Shown one piece after another: positions 32,849-43,006 of a stretch of DNA of 61,938 nt (within the stretch, counting starts at the first letter, position 1; the number at the start of each line of letters is the position of its first letter). The DNA is taken from contig JWZX01003158.1 in assembly GCA_001275005.1 (NCBI GenBank), positions 1-61,938 of the forward strand, given 5' to 3'. The notes beneath the pieces are model-generated. The model was not told the origin of the DNA, made no database searches, and was given only the letters and a program-made list of their open reading frames with translations. The DNA comes from Chrysochromulina tobinii (Eukaryota). The position numbers and the translations under genes are program-made.

Positions 32849-35119
32849 ATGCGAGGAATCCTTTTGTGGCTCGCGGCTGGTGCCGTCGCCATCTTGCCTG
32901 AGCTGGGAGCGACGCCTTTCGAGGCGCTCTTTGTGGGATCGCTGCTGGTCGCGGCGTGGATCCTGAGCAATATCACACCCAAGCAGCTCATCATCTCCAT
33001 TACCCTGTCCATTATCGAAATCTTCTTCCGCGAGATGGGCGCGCGCAACCAGTTTAAGGTGCCCGGGCCCAATATGCCCACGATCTTCATGTGCGCGCCT
33101 CACGCCAACCAGTTCCTCGACCCGTTTGTGGTGATCAGCGCGGTGGGGCGCACCGACGTGTGCTACCTCGCAGCGGCCAAGTCGATGCGGCTGCGCTTTG
33201 TCGGGCTCATGGCGCGCCTGCTCGATTCGATCCCAGTCGAGCGCGCCGACGACGTCGCCTTCCAGGGACGCGGCACCGTGTGGATCTCGCCCGAGGACGG
33301 CATGACGGTGCTCGGCCGCGGCACCGACTTCACGCAGGCGCTCAAGCCTGGGGACGCCATCGTCGTCGAGGGGCGCGATGGGCCGCTCGCCATCAGGCAG
33401 GTGGTGTCTGACGAGGAGCTGCTCCTCAAGAGGCCAGCGCCGCCGCTGCCCGCCTCCGCCGACGAGGCGGAGTCAGGGGTGGCCGAGTCAGGGGTGGCGG
33501 CCGCGGCCGTGACGGCGGCAGCTCCTGCTGAAGCCGGGGGCTACACACCGTACCGCGTCAACCCGCATGTCGACCAATCGGCCATGTTCGATTCGGTGCA
33601 CGAGGCGCTCAATGCTGGCAAGGCGATCGGCATCTTTCCTGAAGGGGGCAGCCACGATCGACCGGGGCTGCTGCCGTTGAAGGCGGGCGTCGCGATCATG
33701 GCGCTGGGTGCGCTCACCAAGTACCCGCACATGCCTCTCCGCCTCGTGCCCGTTGGCCTGAACTACTTTTCGGGCCATCGCTTCCGCTCTCGAGTCTTTG
33801 TCGACATTGGCGAGCCTCTGACAGTGCCCTCGGAGCTCCTGCCTCGGTACATGCAGGGCGGCGAGGAGAAGCGCGCCGCGACGAGCGAGTTGATGGCGAT
33901 GCTCAACGCGGCACTCTCGGCGATCACCATCTCGGCGCCCGACTATGACACCCTCGAGTTCTTTTGGACGCTGCGGCGCTTGATCAAGTCATCGTCGCAT
34001 GGCCCGATGTCCATCACCGAACAGACCGAGCTCGCACGCCGTTTCGCTGCGGGCTATGAGCGGGTGCTGCCCGACGGCCGTCTATGGCGTGAGACGGAGC
34101 GAGTGCGTAGCGCACGTGAGCGCTGCGCTGAGTACAATCGACAGCTGAAGAGCCTCATGCTGCGCGACTATCAAGTGCACCATGTTCTCACTCACATGAC
34201 GCGCGACAAGGCGCTCTGCCTCTTCCTATGGCGCGCCCTCATGCTACTCGCGGCGACGGTACTCTGGTTGCCTATGACGCTGCTCTCGCTGCCTGTGCTC
34301 ATCTTGACGCGCCTCGTCTCGGCGAGCAAGGCGCGCCAGGCCGTCGTCAAATCGTCCGTCAAGATTCATGGGCGCGACGTCGCCGCCACGTGGAAGGTGC
34401 TCGTGGCACTTGTATTATTGCCTGTGCTTTGGGTGACGTACACGTGGCTGTCGGGCGAGCTCGTTCGGGAGCTCTACCGACGCGGCGGCAGCGGCGGCAG
34501 CAGCAGCGGCGCCGACGACAAGTCCGGGAGCGCCGTGTCCGGGAGCGCCGGTCCGCTCGAGAGGGACACGGGCGCGGCCGTGAATCTCGCGCGGCTGCTC
34601 ACCTTCTTCCTCCTCCCCGTATTCGCGTACGCCTTCATCCTACTCTCCGAACAGATGCTCGCCATCATGCGCTCGTTGCTGCCGCTGCTCGTCATCGCGG
34701 TCTCGCCCGCCAAGGCGCAGCAGATCATTGCGGAGCGCACCAAGCTGCAGCAGGACATGCGCACCCTCGTTGATGATTTGGGTTGGCGGCAAGATTCGTT
34801 CACCGACCTCACCCCGCGCCACACTTCAACCCCCTCCAAGGATCAGCGCTGTGACGAGCGCTGGCCGATGCAGCCATCATCGCAAGGCAACGCGCCTGCC
34901 TTCCCCGCATCGCCAGCTGCCTTGTCCGCCACCGCCTCGACCTCGCAAGGCCACGCGGCTTCCTTACCCCCGTCTCCAGCTGCCTCGACCTCGCCCGTCG
35001 ATGAAGCGCATTCCACAGCGGCGCCGGGGCGCTCGGCGACAGCGGGGTTCAGCGTATCCGTGCCGAGTCCGACTAGGTCACCGACCAGCACGCAGCGAGG
35101 GACGCCGGCACTCTTGTGA
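32849..35119 (+). CDS. Glycerol-3-phosphate O-acyltransferase, Gpt2/Sct1-like, membrane bound
   Basis: CAPHANQFLDP (HxxxxD block I), GIFPEGGSHDR (block III), VPVGLNYF, GRDVAATWKVLV and C-terminal TM segments. Confidence 0.9.
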   Translation: MRGILLWLAAGAVAILPELGATPFEALFVGSLLVAAWILSNITPKQLIISITLSIIEIFFREMGARNQFKVPGPNMPTIFMCAPHANQFLDPFVVISAVGRTDVCYLAAAKSMRLRFVGLMARLLDSIPVERADDVAFQGRGTVWISPEDGMTVLGRGTDFTQALKPGDAIVVEGRDGPLAIRQVVSDEELLLKRPAPPLPASADEAESGVAESGVAAAAVTAAAPAEAGGYTPYRVNPHVDQSAMFDSVHEALNAGKAIGIFPEGGSHDRPGLLPLKAGVAIMALGALTKYPHMPLRLVPVGLNYFSGHRFRSRVFVDIGEPLTVPSELLPRYMQGGEEKRAATSELMAMLNAALSAITISAPDYDTLEFFWTLRRLIKSSSHGPMSITEQTELARRFAAGYERVLPDGRLWRETERVRSARERCAEYNRQLKSLMLRDYQVHHVLTHMTRDKALCLFLWRALMLLAATVLWLPMTLLSLPVLILTRLVSASKARQAVVKSSVKIHGRDVAATWKVLVALVLLPVLWVTYTWLSGELVRELYRRGGSGGSSSGADDKSGSAVSGSAGPLERDTGAAVNLARLLTFFLLPVFAYAFILLSEQMLAIMRSLLPLLVIAVSPAKAQQIIAERTKLQQDMRTLVDDLGWRQDSFTDLTPRHTSTPSKDQRCDERWPMQPSSQGNAPAFPASPAALSATASTSQGHAASLPPSPAASTSPVDEAHSTAAPGRSATAGFSVSVPSPTRSPTSTQRGTPALL

Positions 35120-35345
35120 CTACCGTGGGTGAGCTGGCACACCGAGCATTTGCCGAGATCCTGAAGCGTCCTCGAACGCGCTCGAATTCCTTGGACCCAT
35201 CCGGACTTGAACGCGGGTGTGTAATCCGCGAAAGAGAAGGAGGCTCACCAAGTTGGGTTGACGTCGTCGTCGTGAAGGCCGTACACGTCGCGTACGGTAT
35301 CGCATGGGGATAGTTGTCTACAGCGCGTATCTGATGTGTCTATTT

Positions 35346-35575
35346 CACTGAGTTCAAAATCAGGTGGTGAGGATAGTGTGTGAATCCAGAAAGAATACCC
35401 TCCCCTACCCCTTTGGGTCAACCACTGAGTTCAAAATCAGGTGGTGGGGATAGTGTGTGAATCCAGAAAGAATACCCTCCCCTAGCCCTTTGGGTCAACC
35501 ACTGAGTTCAAGATCAGGTGGTGGGGATAGTGTGTGAATCCAGAAAGAATACCCTCCCCTACCCCTTTGGGTCAA
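35346..35575. repeat. 77-bp tandem repeat, 3 near-identical copies
   Basis: cactgagttcaa...tttgggtcaac starts at 35346, 35423 and 35500. Confidence 0.92.
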
Positions 35576-35826
35576 GTTTTAACATTCATAACTGAAGAAG
35601 GAATTGAGAAACCAAACGAGACCGCGAGGGGCTCGACGGCAGGGTTCGGGAGGGGGCACTGGAGTGTGCGTGGGGGTGCGTTTTGTGAGCCTGCCAAGCG
35701 GGAGGGCGCGAGGATTCAATGGCGTGACGAATGGTAGACCGAACTGAAGTGTGAAGACATGTCCTCCGTGTGACTGTGAAGAGCATGGTGAACCTCTTTA
35801 AGTCTTTATTTTCCGAATGATCCATC

Positions 35827-37600
35827 TCATGGGTGGGCTGGTAAAGTGCTCGACCGGGCAACCGCCACTCTCTCTGTGTGCATTCTGCGCTGTGTGAGTG
35901 TGAGAGGCGTGAGCCACTCGACGGTCCGATTGAGTTGCGCTGCCCCGTGGAGTCGTGAGACAGTTTCTGCGGTGTCGGTGCCATTGATGAAGTACAGATT
36001 TGGCGGGAGGAATGCGTCATCAGCGGAGTAGAACATCCAAAACTCGGCCGGCGTGAGAAAGCGACGCGAGATGGCCACCAACGTCAGCCGTTGCTCTGCC
36101 TCACGCAGATAGGCAGCGAGATACGAAAGGGAGGAGGGCGCCATCACGAAGATATCGGCGTCCACGAAGCGCCTGAGGTCGTCGAGCAGGGCGCCAGACT
36201 GAACGCGGCACTTTGTTCTCGACCCATTCGGCAGGTCACTGGGACACCCATGCGTCCACACATCGTTCGGGTCATCGATTGCCTGTGCCTCTCTGGCCGT
36301 GAGATGGAGCAACACCCCCTTCGTCCCTCGGTTAATATGCTCTTGAGCTGGGCTTCGCACCCCTGACGCAACAGCGAGGCTTTGCTCGGCTCCTTCGTGG
36401 GGACCTCCAAGAGTGTCCAGATCTGCGGTCAGAGCTCCTGCACGCAGAGCTGCGGCGGCGCCGTGATGGGCGCGTCGCCCTGAGGCCAACGGCAACGCGC
36501 CCATCACGGCGCCTCGCGTCCTGTTGCGGAGGTCGCTTGGCTTGCGCGCGGTCTCCGTGCATACAGTCGCGTCAAGCACCGTCTCTTGCATGTCCCCGCC
36601 AGCCTCGACCAAGGCACGCCCCAAGTGCCAGATGGTCGCCGCGACCACAGAGGTGTCCTTGCCATGGTGCACGTCTTGCTTCCAGTCGATAGACGTCTTG
36701 GTGCCATCGCGATGCTTCGTAGGATCGGAGCGACGAGCATGGAGCACGACGGAGATGCGCTGGCGTGAGGCCTCAGATCCGTGCGGCGAGTGTGCAGGGG
36801 AGGAGCCTCGATCAGATGCGATTTCAAATCTCGTCCGGAGGCCGGCTCGCAACGCCCTCGTCACCGCAGCGTAGACTCCACTGTCGGACCATCCCGTACA
36901 GCTCCCACGAGCGATAGTGGTGCAGCATGACGCGAACTGAGCCCTGGCAGACGATGCACATTGGCCCGCTCTCACGCTCCGTCTTGCGACGCATGTACGA
37001 CACTGTTTTCGCCCAGCTCGGTTCGCCGGTCCACCCAAACACATGTCGAAATGAGATGATGGTCCAGTTGCGCGGACAAGCTCCAGCCGACTCCCAAGCG
37101 GATGATGACTCGCCGTGAAGCGAGAGGTTAGGCTTCAAATGCCTGAAGTCAAACACCTTCCACAAATCGAGAGAGTCCCGCCCAGGTGGGATATAGCTCC
37201 AGTTCATCGCACCGGCAATCAGCAGCGCGGACGCCACATCTAGCATGGCATGCCCCAGCTTTGCACCCGTCGTACGCTTTACGACGACTGCAGCACTTGG
37301 CGAAAGTCCGGTAAGCCACGGTGGCGCTTGTTGTGGCGCGGGCGGCAGCGCGAGCTCCTTAGCTCGCTCGAGGTCGGCGTAGCGCATGACATGAGTGTCG
37401 GGGCCGAGAAAAGAGTTCACGTCGCTGGTCGTGTTGCATGGTCGTGTAACGTCAAAACCGTTCGCAGCATCGAGATCGATGCATGCGCGAGGGGACTCGA
37501 GACTCACTTGAGACACTTGACCTAGGGCCGCCGTCCGGTGTGCCTCGCGGCACGCACACGCGCCACTTCTCTCGCTCAATGACGCTGAAGACTTAAACAT
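35827..37600 (-). CDS. Fucosyltransferase-like (GT-B; GT11/GT23-like motifs) protein with a +1 frameshift near 36886-36887
   Basis: KLGHAMLD near the N-terminus, ISVVLHARRSD (HxRRxD-like) and DADIFVMAPSSLSYLAAYL. ORFs 36824..37600 and 35827..37044 join as GMVDSGVY if one base of the doubled C is removed. Confidence 0.6.
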
Positions 37601-37754
37601 ACAAGGTCACATGAAACGAACGATTTGTTGTCTCAAGCCGGTCTCTTGCGGTCACGCAGCGACCGCAGCTGGGCATGCGCAACTATAGCAGAGGACCCAC
37701 CTCGTGTCCTTTTCTGTGCGGGCCGTAGGGCGCAGCACCCTCCGCAGAGCGAAT

Positions 37755-38134
37755 TTACTTCTTGATGGGGCCGCGAGCCGGTTTGTCCGAGACCTCTGAG
37801 TACGGGAAGGTGGCACCCTTGTCGCAGGGCTTTTCCACCTGCGAACAGCAGTAGACGCACGTTTCAGCGCAGGATTTCCCCAGTGCTACGGTTCAAGGAA
37901 AATGCTACTCACGTTGCAGCCCTTGGCCACGGCAGGGACCTTCTCCGTCATGCCAGCAATGCCCGGACGAATGGCCCAGACCGCCTTCGCCTCCGCAGCG
38001 TTCGCCGCGACGGCGCCGAGAACCAGCGGGCTGGCAGCAAGCGCGCTGAAGACGTCGCGGCGCGTACGCGGCGCCCCGAGCTGCAGTGAGCTGGCGAAGG
38101 CGCAGAGGAGAGCGATCAAGAGGACTCGAAACAT
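37755..38134 (-). CDS. Small nucleus-encoded thylakoid-lumen protein (101 aa, 2 exons; intron 37839-37912)
   Basis: Signal peptide MFRVLLIALLCAFASS, then twin-arginine RRD, a hydrophobic core and ANA. AAC|GTGAGT...TTCGCAG|GTG gives exon 2 VEKPCDKGATFPYSEVSDKPARGPIKK*. Confidence 0.75.
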
Positions 38135-38232
38135 GGGTTTCGACTTTCGAGGTCAGCGAGATGCGTCAATGAATCGTCAAAGTGCAGCGAAGATTACTTG
38201 GAGATTCTTTGTCCCTACACTTTTGGCCTCTA

Positions 38233-41200
38233 TCAAGCTTTCAACAAGGCATCGGGCGGAGCAACATGTGAAAAGGCGATGATTTTTCCATCGGAACGCC
38301 CTCGCAGACGAGAGTCGGGAGCGTGCGAACGAGAGTCATCAATGGGCGAGGCGCTGCGGCTGCCCCCGCTTCTGGTGAGGCCCTCAACCCCGCTGCTGCC
38401 GCTGTGGATGCTGGAGGAGTCATCTTCCTCCATAATGCCCTCCAGCTTGGCCGTTGCCCGCAAGAATGTGGCACGCAGTCTGGACTGATGTGAACTGCTG
38501 CTAGTGTGCCGCAAGTACCGCGCGAGCTCAATGCAGGTGTTGAGCTCGGCCATGTATTCCTCGCCCATTCGCACCAAGACCGGGTTCGAGACCGGCGGCG
38601 TCGTCACGAGCTGACCAGTATCTGAAGCCGCCTTGCGCCTAAGTAGGTCCCAACCTGCTTTGTCAGCCAGTTTGGGCCATTTGTTCCTTGTTCTGGTGAG
38701 CTTGCGGACGACCCAATCAATGCCAGAAAGCCGAGTATCAATCTTGCGGTGATTGGGCACCAGATTACGGGCCTTGGCTGCCATCGCGCTCCTCGCGGCG
38801 GCCGCAGCCGCTCGTCGAGCCTCGAGGATTTCATCCTTAAACTTCGTGTCGTGCTTGAGCGCATCGTCAATGGTTTCGACGTCGAGGGTAGTCAAATCGC
38901 AGTAGGTCACCGCCTTGGCCGTCTGCGTGCAGCGCGGCTGCATCTTGGCAACGCAGCTGGCATAGTAATCGTTGAAACCGAAGTTGTCCGTGTTGGTGAG
39001 GTTCGTTTGCATCCCGTCGTGCGTGGAGGTCTGAACTATGCCCTTGTTGATGAAGAAGCAGGCGGTGAGCGGCGTGCCCTGCATAGTGATAAGTTGATCC
39101 GGGATATAGACGCAAGCCTTGAACTCGGCGATGAGCGCAACGAGCGACGCATTCGACACGTTGTGGAAGAAGGGACATCTGGACGTGAGTCGACGGGAGG
39201 TGACGAGGTCCAGTTGCGCCGAGAGGTTGAGGGGCAGCTGATCAAACATGTTCATGTCCTGCAACGCGGCCGAGGAGGTGAGGAGGTATTCGTAGTACTC
39301 CATGATACGTGCGCGCAAGGCGGGCGGGACGGCCTTGAGCACGAGGTACGTCTTGATCGAATCGAGCTGCTTGCCCGTGAGCTGTCTTTTCGCATTCATC
39401 GCGGCGAGCGCTTGGTTGAGCGTAGAGATGATGTAGGCGTTGAGCAGCAGGCCGATGAACATGCATGCGGTCGTCAGGAGCGACTCCGTCACGGTCAACG
39501 GCTCAATGTCGCGTGGCATCAGCGAGGTCACCATACCAGCTCCCCAAGCGAAAGAGTACGTGTACTTCATCGTGACCGATGCGTCGTTCCTAAGCCAGTG
39601 GGGTGGTTGCCAGTTGTTCTCGCCCGCGTGCCACGGCGAGGCCAACCACGATCCTGGCTCAGGGCCCAACTCCTCCTCTGACCTCTCGATGTCAGCGACC
39701 ATCCACCAGAGACAGCCGAGCAGATGGCAGCAGAAGACGACGAGGGACAGCAATTTCACCACGGTAATCGCGTTGGGGTCCAAACCCAAATCTTCCAACG
39801 CTTCCAAGGACTTTGCGAGCCTCCGCATGCGAAAAAGCTTTGTGAGCTTTGCCATCCGCACGAGCCGCAGCATGCGGTTGGCGCGCGCGGCGTCCGCACC
39901 GCCCGACTGGGCTTGCTGCATTTCGGCTATCTGCGCATCACCGTAGGGATTGTCGGGATTCGTAAGCATGGTCACGATGTTGATCGGGAAGGAGCCGATC
40001 GCGTCCATCACAAAGGAACCATGCACGTATGCCTTGGCCACCTCCCAATCATCGGCGACGAGATGACCTTCGCGCATGAAACCTGTGCGGAAGTTGAGGA
40101 CAATGTCGATGATGAAAAACAGGTCGACCAACGCGTTGCCCCAATACCATTGCAGGTAGGAGATGCAATTTCCGCGAAACGAGATCGGGCCGTAGGGGTC
40201 CTTAGGATTTGTGCACATGGCTTGGACCATGTCCGGCTCGAATGCAATCTCGAGGGGAACGGCGATGCCGCAATAGAGGATGCCGATGGCGAGCAACACG
40301 TTCCAACGGGAGCGGAAGGGTGATTCAGGGGGGAGCACTTTGAAGCAGCAGACGCTACAGCAGCCACGAAAGGTCTTGAACTGCTCGGGGATGTACCAGA
40401 GGAGCGGCTGGACAACGTACTTGTTAATGTACGAGTTGCGCCACGTGGAATCGCCCGTGCCGCCTACTCTGCCTCTGGATTGCCGCCCCGCCCGAGTCCT
40501 GGTCTTTTGGTTGTTCTGACGCTGATCGTCTAGACCCTCCGGCTCCCACCACAGCTGAATGCGCACCTCGCCTTGCGTGTCGAGGACCACGGTCATGTCG
40601 CGGCGCACCTCGTTGCAGTATGTGTGGTCGGCCAGCTCAACGTCGGCGCGGCCAAGGAAATCATCTTTAGAGCCGCCGAGCCGATACAGATCGAAATCCC
40701 ACACCGATAGCTTAAGGGGGTCGGCAATAAGCTGGCCGAGGACGCCAGAGAAGGCAAAGACTTCGTCGACCCACACGGGGTTGAGAGTCTTAAGCTTCTT
40801 GCGTGATCGCTGCTGCTGCTGTCCCAATGCTAGCTTGACATCTGGACACGCGGTGGACGAGAGAATCGAAACACAGGTCGTGCGCACGTGAGCAAACCAG
40901 AGGGCGGATGAGCGAGGGCGCTGTTCGACTGTGAGATTAGTACAAGGGTCCGAAAGGCCGTTGGCGTCAGCCGAGCAGAGGCCCTTTGCTGAGAGAAGCT
41001 GCAAGTAAAGCGTGCCCTCCGACTCAAGGTCGGCGATTGTGGGCACCTTCCGCCTGTTATTGTTGACATACTCGGTAAGCTTGCCACGCACATCTTTGAT
41101 GAGGGCTTTGACGTTCGGATCGCCCTCGAGCATCTCCCAGGTATAAGTTCCGTCGAGCGGCGATTCAGCAGACTTTTCATCAGCGTTGAGTTCAGCGGAC

Positions 41201-41760
41201 GGCGCAGCAGCAGCAGCAGCAGAAGCCACAACCATGTTCATGATGGATTTCTTTCTTGAGAGGCCCCATGCTGGCGTCTTTGTGGGACTCGATTCTTCGA
41301 ATAAGCTGGGCGAGCTCGGGAGCGAATGGACTGAAGGATCTGGCGACGCAGTTGGGAACACGGCGATACAGCCGTCTTTGCCGCCCATAGCGTTTTCCAG
41401 GCGCGCAACATCCCTCCGCAAGTCGCCTGTGACGATTGCATGTTCGCGGAGCGTCTCACCGAGCTGCTCCTGTTGCGCGGACATCGTGGCCCATGTCAAC
41501 GCCAGGCGCTCCTCCAATTTTTGAGTCGCCGCCAGCGCGGCAAGCACACGCGCCTCATAGTTGGAGTCCATCACAACCCCGCGCGCCGCAGCGCCGGGCG
41601 CCGCAGCAGTGGAGCGTGCTGAGGAGGAAGAGGAGCTGGTTGAGGTCAGTGAATCGTTGACCATCTGCCCTAGCTGCTTATGCGCTCCCTCGAGGATCTG
41701 ATGGTCGACCTCCAGCCGCCTATGAAAGTCGTGCATCCGTTTCCGCAGTTCCAACTCCAT
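38233..41760 (-). CDS. C2-domain + 6TM cyclic-nucleotide-binding-domain (KCNH/HCN/CNG superfamily) ion channel; in-frame intron 40842-40943
   Basis: C2: DANGLSDP|YVKL after splicing, KTLNPVW and LSVWDFD...DDFLG. Channel: VDLFFIIDIVLNFRTG, S4 RMLRLVRMAKLTKLFR, C-linker VPPALRARIMEYYEY and a CNBD-like region. The start codon is uncertain (the ORF is open to 41916). Confidence 0.88.
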   Translation of the reverse strand: MELELRKRMHDFHRRLEVDHQILEGAHKQLGQMVNDSLTSTSSSSSSARSTAAAPGAAARGVVMDSNYEARVLAALAATQKLEERLALTWATMSAQQEQLGETLREHAIVTGDLRRDVARLENAMGGKDGCIAVFPTASPDPSVHSLPSSPSLFEESSPTKTPAWGLSRKKSIMNMVVASAAAAAAPSAELNADEKSAESPLDGTYTWEMLEGDPNVKALIKDVRGKLTEYVNNNRRKVPTIADLESEGTLYLQLLSAKGLCSADANGLSDPCTNLTVEQRPRSSALWFAHVRTTCVSILSSTACPDVKLALGQQQQRSRKKLKTLNPVWVDEVFAFSGVLGQLIADPLKLSVWDFDLYRLGGSKDDFLGRADVELADHTYCNEVRRDMTVVLDTQGEVRIQLWWEPEGLDDQRQNNQKTRTRAGRQSRGRVGGTGDSTWRNSYINKYVVQPLLWYIPEQFKTFRGCCSVCCFKVLPPESPFRSRWNVLLAIGILYCGIAVPLEIAFEPDMVQAMCTNPKDPYGPISFRGNCISYLQWYWGNALVDLFFIIDIVLNFRTGFMREGHLVADDWEVAKAYVHGSFVMDAIGSFPINIVTMLTNPDNPYGDAQIAEMQQAQSGGADAARANRMLRLVRMAKLTKLFRMRRLAKSLEALEDLGLDPNAITVVKLLSLVVFCCHLLGCLWWMVADIERSEEELGPEPGSWLASPWHAGENNWQPPHWLRNDASVTMKYTYSFAWGAGMVTSLMPRDIEPLTVTESLLTTACMFIGLLLNAYIISTLNQALAAMNAKRQLTGKQLDSIKTYLVLKAVPPALRARIMEYYEYLLTSSAALQDMNMFDQLPLNLSAQLDLVTSRRLTSRCPFFHNVSNASLVALIAEFKACVYIPDQLITMQGTPLTACFFINKGIVQTSTHDGMQTNLTNTDNFGFNDYYASCVAKMQPRCTQTAKAVTYCDLTTLDVETIDDALKHDTKFKDEILEARRAAAAAARSAMAAKARNLVPNHRKIDTRLSGIDWVVRKLTRTRNKWPKLADKAGWDLLRRKAASDTGQLVTTPPVSNPVLVRMGEEYMAELNTCIELARYLRHTSSSSHQSRLRATFLRATAKLEGIMEEDDSSSIHSGSSGVEGLTRSGGSRSASPIDDSRSHAPDSRLRGRSDGKIIAFSHVAPPDALLKA

Positions 41761-42388
41761 CTTCGCGCGGGTTCCTGGGTGCACGACGGAGAATTGGGTC
41801 TCGAGGCGACAAACGCGCCGCGCGTTTCTTCGGAAGATGCGTTTTCGTCGATGAGGCGAACAATCAAGAACTTCACGTACACGTTTACTTGCTCGTCCAC
41901 CGTCCCCCGGAGACACTTGATTGTGGTCTCTGAAGTGTCTCGAGATCCTCGAGGTATGAGGAGGCAGGCAGTCAGTCAGTCGGTCATGTCGGATGACGCG
42001 GCCACACGCCCGCGCTCACCAAACCTCCGTCTCAAAGCACAAAATAAAGGACGGCTCCGCTGGGCTGCCCCCCCCGGTCACCCACAAGTAGAAGTACTGA
42101 GTACCTCCAACCTCGCTCGCGTTTAATATTACACAGCCCAACACAGCCCCGGAGTGCGGAGAGCCCGCAGCCCCCCGCAGCCCCGCACCCCGCAGGGCTG
42201 TGTTTATATAGCGGAGTCAGTCGACGACCGCTGCCATCTATCCGTGGGATGGAAAGTGTGTGTCCTGATCGCTATATTTATCCCATAAACTCTTCCGCCA
42301 TAGGTCTCTTTGAACCGCCGTGCTAGACGAGGGCGAGCAGGGCCCATGGCGAGGGGCGGCGCGCAGCCAATGTCACTGTTGTGTCGTG

Positions 42389-43006
42389 TCACTTACAGAA
42401 ACGATCCGCTTTCTCCTTCTCCCGTCGCCGCAGCATGTCCTCGCGGCTCACGCCTGGGCCTACCCGTTCTGTCACTGTCTGCAGAGTCTTCCACGTGCCA
42501 GCGCCCTGCGAGGGCTTTAGCTTTTGGTAGGTGAGCATCTCGCCATCCTCCTCGGCCTGCCTCTGCCGCTTGCGCTCCTCGCACTTGGCCGCACGGAGCG
42601 CCTCGAGGTCGGGCGCCTTTTTGTGCACGAGGAAGACGCTCGGCGTGGTGATGTCGCATGTGAAGGGTGCGGTGATGTTCAGCGATGCTTTGCCGAGCAC
42701 CATGTTTACCACGCGCACCTCGTCCGTCTGCAGGTTGCGGAAGCGGTCGGACACGCTCACGAAGAGCGAGTCGCCTACAGCTACCTGCGCGACAAAGTCG
42801 GTGTCCACGCCCATGACGACCACACCGGAGGTCGTCAGCCTGCCCACGCCGGGCACCTCGGTTGGCTGATTGTCTGGCAGTGCGAGCTCGCTCTCGGGGA
42901 TTTCATCATCGTGGCCATCACGGCCACGCTTCTTCCTCTTCTTCTTCTCCTTGTCGCCTCTGAACGAGAGCTTTCCGCCCACCACCAACCCAAAGCTCGA
43001 GCTCAT
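42389..43006 (-). CDS. Conserved-looking uncharacterised basic protein with NLS (205 aa)
   Basis: GGKLSFRGDKEKKKRKKR N-terminus, beta-rich middle, C-terminal REDMLRRREKEKADRFCK. Confidence 0.75.
   Translation of the reverse strand: MSSSFGLVVGGKLSFRGDKEKKKRKKRGRDGHDDEIPESELALPDNQPTEVPGVGRLTTSGVVVMGVDTDFVAQVAVGDSLFVSVSDRFRNLQTDEVRVVNMVLGKASLNITAPFTCDITTPSVFLVHKKAPDLEALRAAKCEERKRQRQAEEDGEMLTYQKLKPSQGAGTWKTLQTVTERVGPGVSREDMLRRREKEKADRFCK

Noticed and set aside
35346..35575. Possible CRISPR array
   Set aside because: The units are contiguous near-identical 77-mers with no unique spacers, there are no cas genes, and the context is eukaryotic.
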